From Octopus sinensis (taxonomy: Eukaryota): a stretch of DNA of 25,034 nt. The notes under the pieces are model-generated. The model did no database searches. It was not told the DNA's origin and saw only the letters and a program-made list of their open reading frames with translations. The stretch spans positions 1 through 25,034 of the forward strand of contig NW_021836247.1 of the NCBI RefSeq assembly GCF_006345805.1, written 5' to 3'. This document shows positions 1 through 9,981 of the stretch, piece by piece; position 1 is the stretch's first letter, and every line of letters starts with the position of its first letter. The translations under genes and the position numbers were made by a program.

Positions 1-41
<41 letters not shown>
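1..41. repeat. (AT)n microsatellite, probably the internal linker of the adjacent SINE C copy
   Basis: Pure AT run directly abutting the cgacgagcttctttcagtttcc end of the SINE C 5' half. Confidence 0.95.
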
Positions 42-42
<1 letters not shown>

Positions 43-172
43 GACGAGCTTCTTTCAGTTTCCATCTGCCATATCCACTGATAAGACTTTGATCGGCCCG
101 AGACAATAGCAGAAGGCATTTGCCCAAGGTGCCACGCAGTAGGATTGAATCCGAAACCACGTGACTGGGAAA
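42..172 (-). mobile_element. SINE family C, 5' half (tRNA-like head + CORE-like domain)
   Basis: Reverse complement aligns to the 22660-22820 copy: ccttgggcaa core, ggccgatcaaag, gaaactgaaagaagctcgtcg. Confidence 0.85.
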
Positions 173-200
173 TATTTACATATATCCTTATACATTCAAA

Positions 201-386
201 TCATCATAACTATCATCATCATCATGGTTTTAACATCCGCATTTTCATTCTCGAATGAGTCAGACGGAGTTTGTTGAAGCAGATTTCTTACGGCCGAATG
301 ATCTTCTTTACACCTGTTTCCTAACAAGGTACTACTTGTCCCTGACTGAACATGTTAATGCGAAAATTTGGAAATGAACAACACCT
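201..386 (-). mobile_element. Degenerate retroposon 3' end with (ATG)n tail (family D)
   Basis: catcatcatcatggttttaacatccg tail on + strand; gcagatttcttacggccgaatg resembles the reverse complement of the 9390-9430 segment. Confidence 0.5.
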
Positions 387-388
387 CA

Positions 389-645
389 GGCGCGTGGCTT
401 AGTGGTTAAGGTGTCAGCATCATGATCGTAAGATTGTGGTTTCGATTCCTGGACCGGGCGGCACGTTGTGTTCTTGAGCTAAACACTTCATTTCACGTTG
501 CTCCAGTCCACTCAGCTGGAAAAATGAGTAACGCTGCGATGGACTGGCGTCCCATCCAGCTGAGGAACACATACGCCATAGAAAGTGGGAAACCGGGCCC
601 ATGAGCCTGGCTAGGCTTTAAAAGGGCGCATTTATTTATTTTTTA
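389..645 (+). mobile_element. SINE family A (tRNA-derived, CORE-like domain), full length
   Basis: A box tggcttagtgg, B box gtttcgattcc, CORE-like ttgtgttcttgagc..acacttcatttcac, (TTTA)n tail; head shared with 9664 and 2396 copies. Confidence 0.85.
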
Positions 646-665
646 TATTATATACCTGCATATAC

Positions 666-696
<31 letters not shown>

Positions 697-704
697 TATA
701 TATG

Positions 705-864
705 CGATGGGGGTTTCTTTAGATATTCCTCTCTCAAATTCAGTCGCAGGGCTTGGATCGGCCCGGGTCAATAGTAGGAGAGACTTGCCAGAGGTGCCGC
801 ACAGTTGGTCTGAACTCGATACCACGAAACTGGAAAACAAATTTCTTAACCACAAAACATGCTT
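705..864 (-). mobile_element. SINE family C, degenerate 5' half, with (TA)n linker at 665-703
   Basis: gatcggcccgg, gacttgcc-agaggtgccgcacag and aaccaca motifs match the reverse complement of the SINE C head. Confidence 0.7.
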
Positions 865-1249
865 GAACATAAATTTATGCATGCGTGCATACACACGTGT
901 GTGCGTGTGTCAATGTGTGTATGTGTTGTGTGTGTATATATATATGTCTATATATATATACATATATATAGGGAGAGACAAACACACAAACACACGCGTG
1001 TCCTACACACACGCATACATGCGTATGTATGTATGCATATGCGTGTGTATGTGTGTGAGTGTTTGTGTGTATATGTGTGTGTAGATTTATAGCACTTGCT
1101 TGGCAGATCATATTTCTGATCTGCGTGTGTATGTGTTCATCTCCCTCTCATCCGCCCTTTCTATGTAATCTATCGATCGATCTATCTACCTCTCTGTCTA
1201 TTCCTCCACCTCTCCCTCTCTCGCCCTTCTCTCTGCCTATCCATCACCA

Positions 1250-1261
1250 TATATATATATA

Positions 1262-1302
<41 letters not shown>

Positions 1303-1304
1303 GG

Positions 1305-1345
<41 letters not shown>

Positions 1346-1381
1346 TCCATCAATTCATACATATTTATATATATATATATT
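1250..1381. repeat. Compound (TA)n/(GA)n microsatellite
   Basis: Direct reading. Confidence 0.95.
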
Positions 1382-1961
1382 ACATTTATATCCATCCATT
1401 TCATACACGTCATCCGCCAAAGTAGATACAATAAAATAAAATAATAAATTCCGCATTCACGCTGGACGCCATACATCTGCTGCTTTTGCACGTTTAATAA
1501 ATTTGTGAGCAAAAAAAAAATTCGAAACGCAATCATGAATGCAAAACAACAAGCATGTAAAATATAAAAAGCGGGAAACATATTTCACACAAATGCATTT
1601 TCTTTGAATATCTCAAATTCAGTTTTTTTATGAATAAATGCTTGCGTTTGCTTTCTCGTTTTTTTGTTAAATTTTAAATATTTTCATTTTTATATTTCTG
1701 CCTTTCATTAGTATTAATTAATTCTGAAAATAGTAAAAGTACCACATGCCTCATAACTGCATCCACTAAATGTTATATTTACATACGTTACAAACATGTA
1801 TACATGTATTACATGCGTAGATACATATATACATACATAATTTTTGCTTTTACTTTTCCGTTAAGGTAAGATCAATATAAAATACTCCATCGGGTAAGAT
1901 AAATATTGCTTACTGTATACAGATAACACGTTCCGTTTATGAAGCAATTAGTAGCCGTGTG

Positions 1962-1966
<5 letters not shown>

Positions 1967-2010
<44 letters not shown>

Positions 2011-2230
2011 TATTTGTGCATCTGTGTTTGTCCTCTCACCATCGTTTGACAACTGATGTTGGCGTGTTTACATTTCCTTAACTTAGCGGTTCAGCAATCA
2101 GACAACAATAGAATAATTACTAGGCTCTCAAAGATAAGTCCTGGGGGTCGATTTGGTCGACTAAAGGCGGTTCTCCGGCATGGCCGCAGTAAAATACTGA
2201 AACAACCAAAATAATGAATAAATAAAAGAA
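1967..2230 (+). mobile_element. SINE family C, 3' half preceded by (GT)n linker
   Basis: tctgtgtttgtcc..tgacaactgatg..acttagcggttc..ggggtcgatttggtcgactaaaggcggt..gcatggccgcagt matches 22870-23087. Confidence 0.85.
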
Positions 2231-2310
2231 TATATTGTTTAATGCACATATATATCTAAGAGTAGATATACTAATAAGTATACTAACATATATTTATATA
2301 TATACAAGAT

Positions 2311-2385
2311 GCTGACGTCACCCACCTCCAGTCCAATGAAATTCCACAAACACCAGTTGCTGACGTCACATAATTCCAAACCAAT
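2311..2385 (+). promoter_or_regulatory. Duplicated CRE (TGACGTCA) + CCAAT module, 48-bp period
   Basis: TGACGTCA at 2313 and 2361, each followed after exactly 12 nt by CCAAT (2333, 2381); function untested. Confidence 0.3.
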
Positions 2386-2395
2386 CGAAACCGAT

Positions 2396-2500
2396 TAATA
2401 AAGTGTCTTGCTCAAGAACACACCACGCAGCCCGGTCCGGGATTCGAACTCACAACCTCACGATCGTAAGCTCGACGCTCTAACCACTGAGCCATGCGCC
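2396..2500 (-). mobile_element. SINE family A, 3'-truncated (head + start of CORE)
   Basis: Reverse complement ggcgcatggctcagtggttagagcg...gagttcgaatcccggaccggg...gtgttcttgagcaagacactt. Confidence 0.85.
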
Positions 2501-2553
2501 TTCACTCACATACAATATATATTATATTATATATTATATTATATCATATTATA

Positions 2554-2934
2554 TCTTTATATATAAAAGTGAGGTTGTGTGCTGTCTGTCTCCTACAATT
2601 TAGATTCCTAACTACTCCCACATTTTGCGGTGCAGTTTAACCAAAACCGGATATCTTATAGTCGTGATTTATATCGAGCCCTTCTGGGTATTAGCGCGTG
2701 TCTACGATGAGTCTACGATTTAAAAAAAAATTACCATCAATTTTTCACATTTTTAATGCATTTTGAAGTAACTCTATAAAAATGTATCATTAAATCTCAG
2801 AACGTAAAAAGCTACAGTAACACCCCACCTTTGTGGTTAGCCATATTGAGATGGCTATTATACTTTACATCTCTAAAAATTCTTATATAGTTATTTCCCT
2901 TACAAACCCGAGCAACGCCGGGCGATACTGCTAG
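2554..2934 (+). mobile_element. Non-autonomous Helitron
   Basis: 5' A|TC (tctttatatataaaag), 3' CTAG|T at 2931-2934, GC-rich subterminal hairpin cccgagcaacgccggg (2907-2922), no TSD, inserted in an AT dinucleotide. Confidence 0.85.
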
Positions 2935-3086
2935 TATATATACATGTGACATGTATTTTATATGAATACACACTTTCACATGTGTGTATGGATGGATGTA
3001 TGTATCTTGTAACATTACATTCTCAACTTTATTCATAGAACGTTTACATGATCCAGAAATAATTCTCCAATATTATTTCATTAATT

Positions 3087-3240
3087 CCTGTCACTTTCCC
3101 TATTCTTCAGTTATATCAGAACAACCTCTGCTATAAATGTATTATTACCGAATCCGCCTCAGAGCAAACCGCTGTCCTGTGTCTTGCGGGAAAATACCCC
3201 CTAATTTATTAAACTGATTCAGCAACAGGAAAGTGACAGG
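3087..3240. repeat. 13-bp perfect inverted repeat, possible small MITE
   Basis: cctgtcactttcc (3087-3099) and ggaaagtgacagg (3228-3240); no clear TSD. Confidence 0.35.
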
Positions 3241-3978
3241 GTAGACTCTAAGGGCCTATCCAACACAAATAATAGATATCATCCTGTGGTTATTGACAAG
3301 TTCAGTCAGTTACTTTGCTTATGTGCAAGAAACAGCAGCGTGCCTGGCGATGCCTTTCTCTGCAATAAGGCCGTTGGCGCTTGAATACGCTGATAGAGAA
3401 TACGCGTTTGTTGCAGCTAATCTAAGGTGTTGGTTTTATGCTAAAAATATCAAGTTCTGGAATTTTATCCTCCAAGAAATATCCTAGCGAAATGTTCTAT
3501 TTGTATTGCAAAGAGTGAAGTGATCTTGTCGATTCTTTTCACACAGTAAGCTCCCCTATTATCCACGAATATGAAAGTTACTTTCCATGAGAGATTGTTT
3601 CAAGCAGCCATATTAGAGAATTACTATCGGTTGCTCTTTTCTTGGATGTATAAAGGTCCCTTTTAAATATTTTCTGAGAAACTATAATTATGTTCCTCTT
3701 TTGGGTGATACAACTATTAGAAGGTAATCTATAATGTGTATTCATTAGATTTGATGAAGAATGCTATCAAAAGTTTCTCGCCAAGATTTGGTTCCCTCCA
3801 GAAAGGATTTCACTAGAAGTCATACTCATAATATTAACAATGATGCAGCTCTTAATTTTAATACATTGCTTCTAACACCTGACGTAGCTTCTATAGCAGT
3901 ATTGATTAATCGGTTTCTTCAAATGATATCAGATACACACCCAAGAAAAGACTTTGATCAACGCCTCAAAGCAGGAGC

Positions 3979-4130
3979 GTAGGCGTGGTTGTGTTGTAAA
4001 GACGTTCTCTTCGCAACCACATTGTTTCGTGTTCAGTTCTAGCGCGTAGCACATTGGGCTAGCATGTTTCTTTTTTCTTGCTTCGCGAGAATTAATGTTA
4101 TATGGGTGAAAATTGATTGACGTCAGCAAG
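3979..4130 (+). mobile_element. Old, degenerate SINE family C 5' half
   Basis: ggcgtggttgtgttgtaa..cttcgcaaccacatt..gttcagtt..gcgtagcacattgggc..gggtgaaaattgattgacg aligns to the SINE C head. Confidence 0.65.
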
Positions 4131-4470
4131 CTGTGTGTGTGCGTGTGTGAGTACGAATTAAGATTGTGTGTAGGTGTGTGTGTACGAAGTAAGATTGTGT
4201 GTGCGTGTGTCTGTGTGAAGTAAGATTGTGTGTGCGTGTGTGTATGAATTAAGGTTGTGTGTGTGTGTGTACGAAGTAAGATTGTGTGTGTGTGTACGAA
4301 GTAAGATTGTGTGTGCGTGTGCGTGCGTGTGTGTGTGTACGAAGTAAGATTGTATGTGCGTGTGTGTGTACGAAGTAAGATTGTGTGTGCATGTGTGTGT
4401 GAACGAAGTAAGATTGTATGTGCGTGTTTGTGTACGAAGTAATAGTGTGTGTGCATGTGTATGTGTGTAC
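4131..4470. repeat. Minisatellite: ACGAAGTAAGATT core + variable (GT)n, about 10 units
   Basis: Core recurs every ~25-35 bp, separated only by GT/GC dinucleotide runs. Confidence 0.9.
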
Positions 4471-5547
4471 CTGCGTGAGCATGCGTGTACGTGTATGTAT
4501 GGACGTATGTAAAATCTCTTCAAAGACTTATGTTAAAAACACAATTTCTGTCGGAACGAGGCGAGCCTCGTTGCGGTCGTGACTCATAAAGGACGAAAGA
4601 CGCCATTTTACTCTATTTGGTACTTGTAAACACCGTGCACCCGCCTGACATTTGCTAAGACGAGACTCTTGCTTCGATATATAAGAAATAGTACATATGA
4701 AAGTAAAGAACCAGAAGTTTCATCTAAGAGCGTAGAAACAAGAGGGGGAGAAAAGAAAATCCAAATTGCTTTGGTTACAAGTAAGCACACATGAAGTATA
4801 ACACATTTTTAATAGCTTGGCGCTAATGCGAACGCAAAAATAGCAAAACATTACCCTCTCCTACGAAGAATAAAATCCTACAATTCAAGCATATCTGCCT
4901 CATATTTTATGGGGTTTTTTCGTTAAAAGGATATTTAACACCCCTTCCATGTAGTATAGTTATCGTATTGACTAATTATTATCGACGCTGAAATTCACCG
5001 ATTTTATTGAACTCTGAATTTTTATCGCATCAGCAACTAATAGCCGCAGATGGAAGATTGCGATGAAAAGATTAAAATATTTGTGTCGAGTGGGGAAGGC
5101 AGATCGTTTTGTAAGCTTTATTTCAAATGAATGCGAAAAACTGGAAGAAAAAGAAGAAAGAAAATTTGTAGAATTTTGAAATGATTTTTTTTCAAAATCT
5201 TAATGAAAATTTTGCAAACTTGGAAAGCACACACACTCACACACATACACATGTACATACGAGCTCTTATATCCACAGGCAAGCAGGCACACGCATGCGC
5301 ACACATGTGCAGATTCACAGTCAGGTATGCGCCGACGTCATAGTCAAATATTAATATAATCTCGAAAAAAATACACATGCGCATGTCTACTAGATTGAAG
5401 ACTTAGTGGAATCGTTGCACAAAACCATACACTTTATACCACCCACACGCTCACGCACACAGACACACAGACAAGCAGTCTCACAACACATGCGTCGTTC
5501 TATCAGTAGACAACACTCATGCAAATGCATACACACACACGCGTAAG

Positions 5548-5668
5548 TGACTCAGCTCCGCATTACTTAAAGTTTCGTGGGCGTAGAATACATCAATCTC
5601 TTTCTGAACACCTGACGAAGTGGATGTCTCCGACGCCCACAAAGCTTTCAGTAAATGGAAGTGAGTCA
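5548..5668. ncRNA. Imperfect palindrome with head-to-head degenerate type I hammerhead motifs
   Basis: + arm: CTGACGA-A-GTGG..CCAC-(a)AA(g)CT-TTC-AGT-A; - arm: cccac-GAAAC-T-TTA-AGT-A; arms roughly 75% identical by eye. Confidence 0.5.
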
Positions 5669-5819
5669 AATTGTTCATAAGAATGTGTGTGTGTATGTAT
5701 GTATATATATATATAAATACATATATGCATATATATATGTGTATATATATACATACATAGGGATATAAAGATATGTATACATATATATATATATTTATAT
5801 AGACATACATACATATATG

Positions 5820-6034
5820 CTTTTCTACACTAGGAACAAGGCCTGAAATTTTTCAGGACGGGGGGGCAAGTCGATTAAATCGACTCCAGTACGCAACTGG
5901 TACTTAATTTATTGACCCCGAAAGAATGAAAAGCAAAGTCGACCTCAGCGGAATTTGAACTCAGAACGTAAAGACAGACGAAATATCGCTAAGTATTTCG
6001 ACCGGCGTGCTAATGTTTCTGCCAGCTCGCCGCC
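5820..6034 (-). mobile_element. SINE family B monomer (tail variant ..ggccttgttcctagtgtagaaaa)
   Basis: Head ggcggcgagctggcagaaac, B box gagttcaaattcc, central gtcgac..ttcattctttcggggtcaataaattaagtaccag; probable TSD atacatatatg (5809-5819 / 6039-6049). Confidence 0.9.
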
Positions 6035-6424
6035 GTATATACATATATGTACGTATATATGTATGTGTATGTTACGCACGTGTGTGTGTGTATGTGTCTG
6101 TGTGTAAAATAGCACAAAAAGAACGAGCAGTCTAAGGGACAGACAGTTGGTCAATGTGAAAGGTTACAGCAGACAGACCAAACATCAGAAGTTGATGACA
6201 AACGCACACACACACACACACACATGCAAAATTACATGAAAAGTTTCGCACAGTAAACTGTACGCTCAAACAAAGAATACCATAGAATAAGGAAAAAATA
6301 AGCAGGAAAAAAGAAACAAAGAAATTAACGATACCTTTTAAAAGCACATGTATACTTTTCGGCTACATTCTGTAGAATGAACATACATACGCACACTCAC
6401 GTGCACATATATATATATATATAT

Positions 6425-6478
<54 letters not shown>

Positions 6479-6487
6479 TATATATAA

Positions 6488-6640
6488 GCACGGTGTGTGG
6501 TAAGGTAAATTATTTTACAGAACCCTAATTATATAACGTAATGTTTTAATACACCGTAAATGGTCTTTTTACATACTGAACACTATTTGTAAAATTGATC
6601 ATTAATAATTAATTAGTTTTACCCTTTTATAATTGACTAT
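6488..6640 (+). mobile_element. Short TA-flanked repeat (family Q), homologous to the reverse complement of 22361-22515
   Basis: Shared anchors aaccctaattata, atggtctttt..catac, aattaatta, acccttt, cggt(g/a)tgtggt; (TA)n on both sides. Confidence 0.7.
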
Positions 6641-6660
6641 ATGTATATATATATATATAT

Positions 6661-6915
6661 ATATAAGGGCAAAATAAAAAATTCCTATAGCAATATTCTG
6701 AGAAATAGACTTTAAATCGTCAATCCCCACATACAATATATTGTATGTGGTGATTGATCCTTTAAAGTCTATTTCTCAGAATATTGGTATAGAATTTTTT
6801 TTCTTTTGCTCATATTTATAATTGTTTATAATTTTCACCTTAAAAGGTATTTTGATATGCTGGCCACTTGATGAAATTTTTTGAAAACATTTTATCCTAT
6901 ATTAGAAGTAAATTT
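6661..6915 (+). mobile_element. TA-flanked repeat (family P): ~155-bp spacerless fold-back followed by ~100 bp unique tail
   Basis: Palindrome centred at 6738/6739 (cacatacaata|tattgtatgtg), arms 6661-6738 and 6739-6815; 6775-6915 also matches the reverse complement of 8450-8590. Confidence 0.75.
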
Positions 6916-7121
6916 ATATATACATGTGTTGAAGAGTCAACTTATGTATTGAAAATGAAGGACGTCACTTTCAAAATCTCTTATAATTTTTCTTTAAAGA
7001 CTTGTAAAGCCTAATATATTCTTTTGTAATCTTATACCATCTTATAAATATTTATTTTGTAATAAGATATTTACTGCGGAGAGACTTTGACTTTGAACAT
7101 TCTGTGTGTGTATATATATAG

Positions 7122-7122
<1 letters not shown>

Positions 7123-7206
<84 letters not shown>
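7123..7206. repeat. (GATA)n microsatellite
   Basis: Direct reading. Confidence 0.95.
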
Positions 7207-7243
7207 TACATATACATATACATATACATGTACATATGTATAA

Positions 7244-7278
7244 CGGTGCATCAGCATGGCCGCAGCTCTGAGCTAAAA

Positions 7279-7282
<4 letters not shown>
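7244..7282 (+). mobile_element. Isolated 3' tail of SINE C / CR1 LINE (severely 5'-truncated)
   Basis: cggtgcatcagcatggccgcagctctgagctaaaac matches the shared tail motif. Confidence 0.65.
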
Positions 7283-7324
<42 letters not shown>

Positions 7325-7390
7325 TATACATATACATATACATATACAAATACATATACATATACATATATATATACATATATGTATATA

Positions 7391-7518
7391 GGTGCAGGAG
7401 TGGCTGTGTAGTAAGAAGCTTGCTTCCGAGCCACGTGGTTCTGGGTTCAGTCCTACTGCGTGGAGCCTTGGACAAGTGTCTTCTACTATAGCCTCGGGTC
7501 GACCAAAGCCTTGTGAGT
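7391..7518 (+). mobile_element. SINE family C, 5' portion
   Basis: gcaggagtggctgtgtagtaag, B box ggttcagtcc, CORE-like ccttggacaagtgtcttct. Confidence 0.9.
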
Positions 7519-7580
7519 TTTAATCAATTAAAACCAGTGGCTTAGCATGTTTAAAAATCCGAAGATTAAAAATTCTGTTA

Positions 7581-8096
7581 CATAAAAAATTAAGAGGAAT
7601 GACCACTAAAGTGGACACCTAATATGCTAAACATAGACGTCAAATCTCCATTTCCCCGAAGAATGTGTTCTGAAGAAAAAATCTCAGCAAAACGCCAAAA
7701 TGTAAAAATGAGCAAGACAAATGAAAATATACGAAATAAAAAACGATTACCTACGTACCAATTGTTTCACTTGTTAATATCTACAAATGCAAACACGCAG
7801 ATATCTGCAAGATCGTCAGCGTAGTCTGTCGCTTACAAAACACAATTTCCAGAACTAGATACAGAACGCTCAACCGAAATCGAACATGTATAAAGTTCTA
7901 CAAATTATATTTGGGTGTATTTTTCAAATGTCTTCGCTTTGGCGCGCTGAGGCCGCCATTTGTCTTGCTCATTTTTACATTTTGGCGTTTTCCTGAGATT
8001 TTTCTTGAGAACACATTCTTCGTGGTAATGGCGATTTGACGTCTATGTTTAGCATATTAGGTGTCCACTTTAGTGGTCATTACTCTTAATTTTGTG
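7581..8096. mobile_element. Tc1/mariner-like MITE with ~140-bp TIRs and TA target duplication
   Basis: TIRs 7581-7723 and 7957-8096 (..aattaagag(g/t)aatgaccactaaagtggacacctaatatgctaaacatagacgtcaaat..); TA at 7579-7580 and 8097-8098; no transposase. Confidence 0.85.
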
Positions 8097-8108
8097 TATA
8101 TATATATA

Positions 8109-8150
<42 letters not shown>

Positions 8151-8153
<3 letters not shown>

Positions 8154-8273
8154 CATCAATATAAGCACGTGTATCGAAGAAAGCCGACAGAAATTTCTAA
8201 AAAAATTCCGTTATTACCATATCGGACCCGATTTCAGAGTTAGTTCATAAGAACCTTCTCTTCGTGAGTGATA
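8151..8273 (-). ncRNA. Degenerate hammerhead-like motif (8220-8273) plus ~70-nt tail ending in (TA)n
   Basis: - strand TATCA-CTCACGA-AGAG-aa-GGTTC-ttat-GAACT-aa-CTCT-GAAA-TCGG-GTC-cGATA; G5 is replaced by C. Confidence 0.35.
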
Positions 8274-8449
8274 AATTCGACAAAGAAATAAATGAAATAC
8301 TTGCTTATACCCATGGAAGAAGCAAACACTAAGTTATGACCACAATTAAGAAAACCATATATATCCAAAATTCTCCAGCCCATTTGAGACGCGTGTGATT
8401 CGAACTGAAAACTCTCAAAGAGTGAGACAGTCAGGAAGTGAACACTATT

Positions 8450-8590
8450 AAATTTACATCTAATACAGGATAAAATTTTTTTGAAACAAAATTTTTATCA
8501 ATGGCCAGCATATTAAAAAATACCTTTAAAGGTTAAATTTATAAACAACTTATAAACAAGAGCAAAAGAAAAAAATTCTAATGCCAAATA
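8450..8590 (-). mobile_element. Family P partial copy
   Basis: Reverse complement aligns to 6775-6915 (gaatttttttcttttgctc, aaaggtatttt, tatgctggcca, ttttatcct, tattaga); ends near (TA)n at 8600. Confidence 0.75.
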
Positions 8591-8596
8591 TGCTGA

Positions 8597-8633
<37 letters not shown>

Positions 8634-9349
8634 AAAATGTGTGTGCGTGTGTGTGTGTAATTGCTAAAGAGGATAACAAACGTTAAGACAAGGCCAGCAT
8701 CTCATATACACGCCTGTGTATGTATATATGTGTGTGTATGGACAAACATGATTAAACACTTGAACGTTAAGTGTTCGGTGTAAACAAGAAACGGCAAAGC
8801 GACACTCGTTAATGAGTGTAGCGTGTCAAAGTATATTTATAAATAATAAGACTTCAAAAGTCGTGGCTTTACATTTCACGTCTCTAATTTATAAACGATA
8901 TTTGAGTAATGATACAGAGAAATCGTTAATAAGAACATTTATATAACGCAAATAAAATGAGAAAAATGTAAGTAGAGTTTGATTGCATGTATGGCGAAGA
9001 ATAAAATCAATGGATGCTTATTAGCGAATTCCTGTTGATCAGAGAAGGGTAAATCAGAGCAATACGTTTTGGATTCGGAACGCATGTGAGTGTGTGTCTA
9101 CAGAAATGGTAGAGTCACACTGGCATGAAATATAATTGAGACACAGTTCTGTAAAATACTGGGAAATAGTTTTTTTATTATTATTATTTTTATAGGTAAG
9201 TGCTTTTATGTGAGTTTTTCCCGTTGTCGGGGCTCTATCGCCTGAGAATCGCCAAATGTGAAACTCCGAGCTCACACAGAATCAGGTTTGATAGCATGAA
9301 GCTGACACCAGAGCTTGTAGTGCTGCGGCAAATTGCTTGGCAATCTCAG

Positions 9350-9537
9350 TTGTGCCGGTGGCACCATAGAGAACACTGGTCACGCTGTAAAGTGGCAGGC
9401 ATTAGGAAGAGTATCCAACCGTAAATACTTCGCCAATGCAGACACTGGAACTTGATGCAATTCTTGGACGCACTGGACCGTGTCAAACCATCTAGCCCAC
9501 ACCAGTATAGAGCATGGAGCTTAAACCATGAGGATCA
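9350..9537 (+). mobile_element. Degenerate family D retroposon 3' end
   Basis: gtgccggtggcac..ggcattaggaagagtatccaaccgta..gtcaaaccatctagccc..ttaaaccatgaggat tail. Confidence 0.55.
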
Positions 9538-9663
9538 TATATATATGCATATATGTATCTATGCATGTGTGCGTGTGTGTGCATGTTTATATATGTGTAT
9601 ATATGTATGTACACACACACGTACATAAACACACGCAAAAACTCAAATATATATATACGTGAG

Positions 9664-9981
9664 GGCGCGTGGCTTAGTGGTTAGGGCATTCGGCTCACGA
9701 TCGTTAGGTTATGAGTTCAATTCCCGGCGACGCTTTGTGTCCTTGAGCAAGACACTTTATTTCACGTTGCACCAGTCCACTCAGCAGGCAAAAATGAGTA
9801 GGACCTGTAATTCAAACGGGCCAGCCTTGTCACACTCTGCGTCACGCTGAATCTTCCTGAGAACTACGTTAAAGGTAAACGTAGTGGAGTGCTCAGCCAC
9901 TTGCACATTAATTTCATGAGCAGGTTGTTCCGTTGATCGTATCAGCTGGGACCCTCGTCGTCGTAACCGACGGAGTACTCC
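9664..9981 (+). mobile_element. SINE family A, full length, alternative 3' tail
   Basis: Head and CORE-like ttgtgtccttgagcaagacactttatttcacgttgc..aaaaatgagta match the 389 copy; the 3' part differs (..accctcgtcgtcgtaaccgacggagt). Confidence 0.9.

Noticed and set aside
389-470. Possible tRNA genes at SINE heads (also 9664, 22660, 23703)
   Set aside because: A and B boxes are present, but each continues into SINE body and tail in multiple diverged copies, and no complete cloverleaf is evident
3293-3982. ORFs 3293-3487 and 3761-3982 as exons
   Set aside because: No recognisable protein motif or convincing splice signals; lengths are compatible with chance
4131-4470. CRISPR-like appearance (constant repeat with variable spacers)
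   Set aside because: The spacers are only GT dinucleotide runs, the context is eukaryotic, and there are no cas genes
4712-4745. gtttc..agagcgtagaaac as a hammerhead
   Set aside because: No CUGANGA-like core on either strand
6868-6895. TTGATGA-aatttttt-GAAA as a hammerhead in family P
   Set aside because: No helix I, and the homologous 8450 copy does not conserve the core
6838-8532. Apparent piggyBac-like element with ~80-bp TIRs and TTCA/TTAA flanks
   Set aside because: Homology between the two arms continues outward past the TTAA sites (6775-6837 vs 8533-8590), so these are two inverted copies of family P, not TIRs
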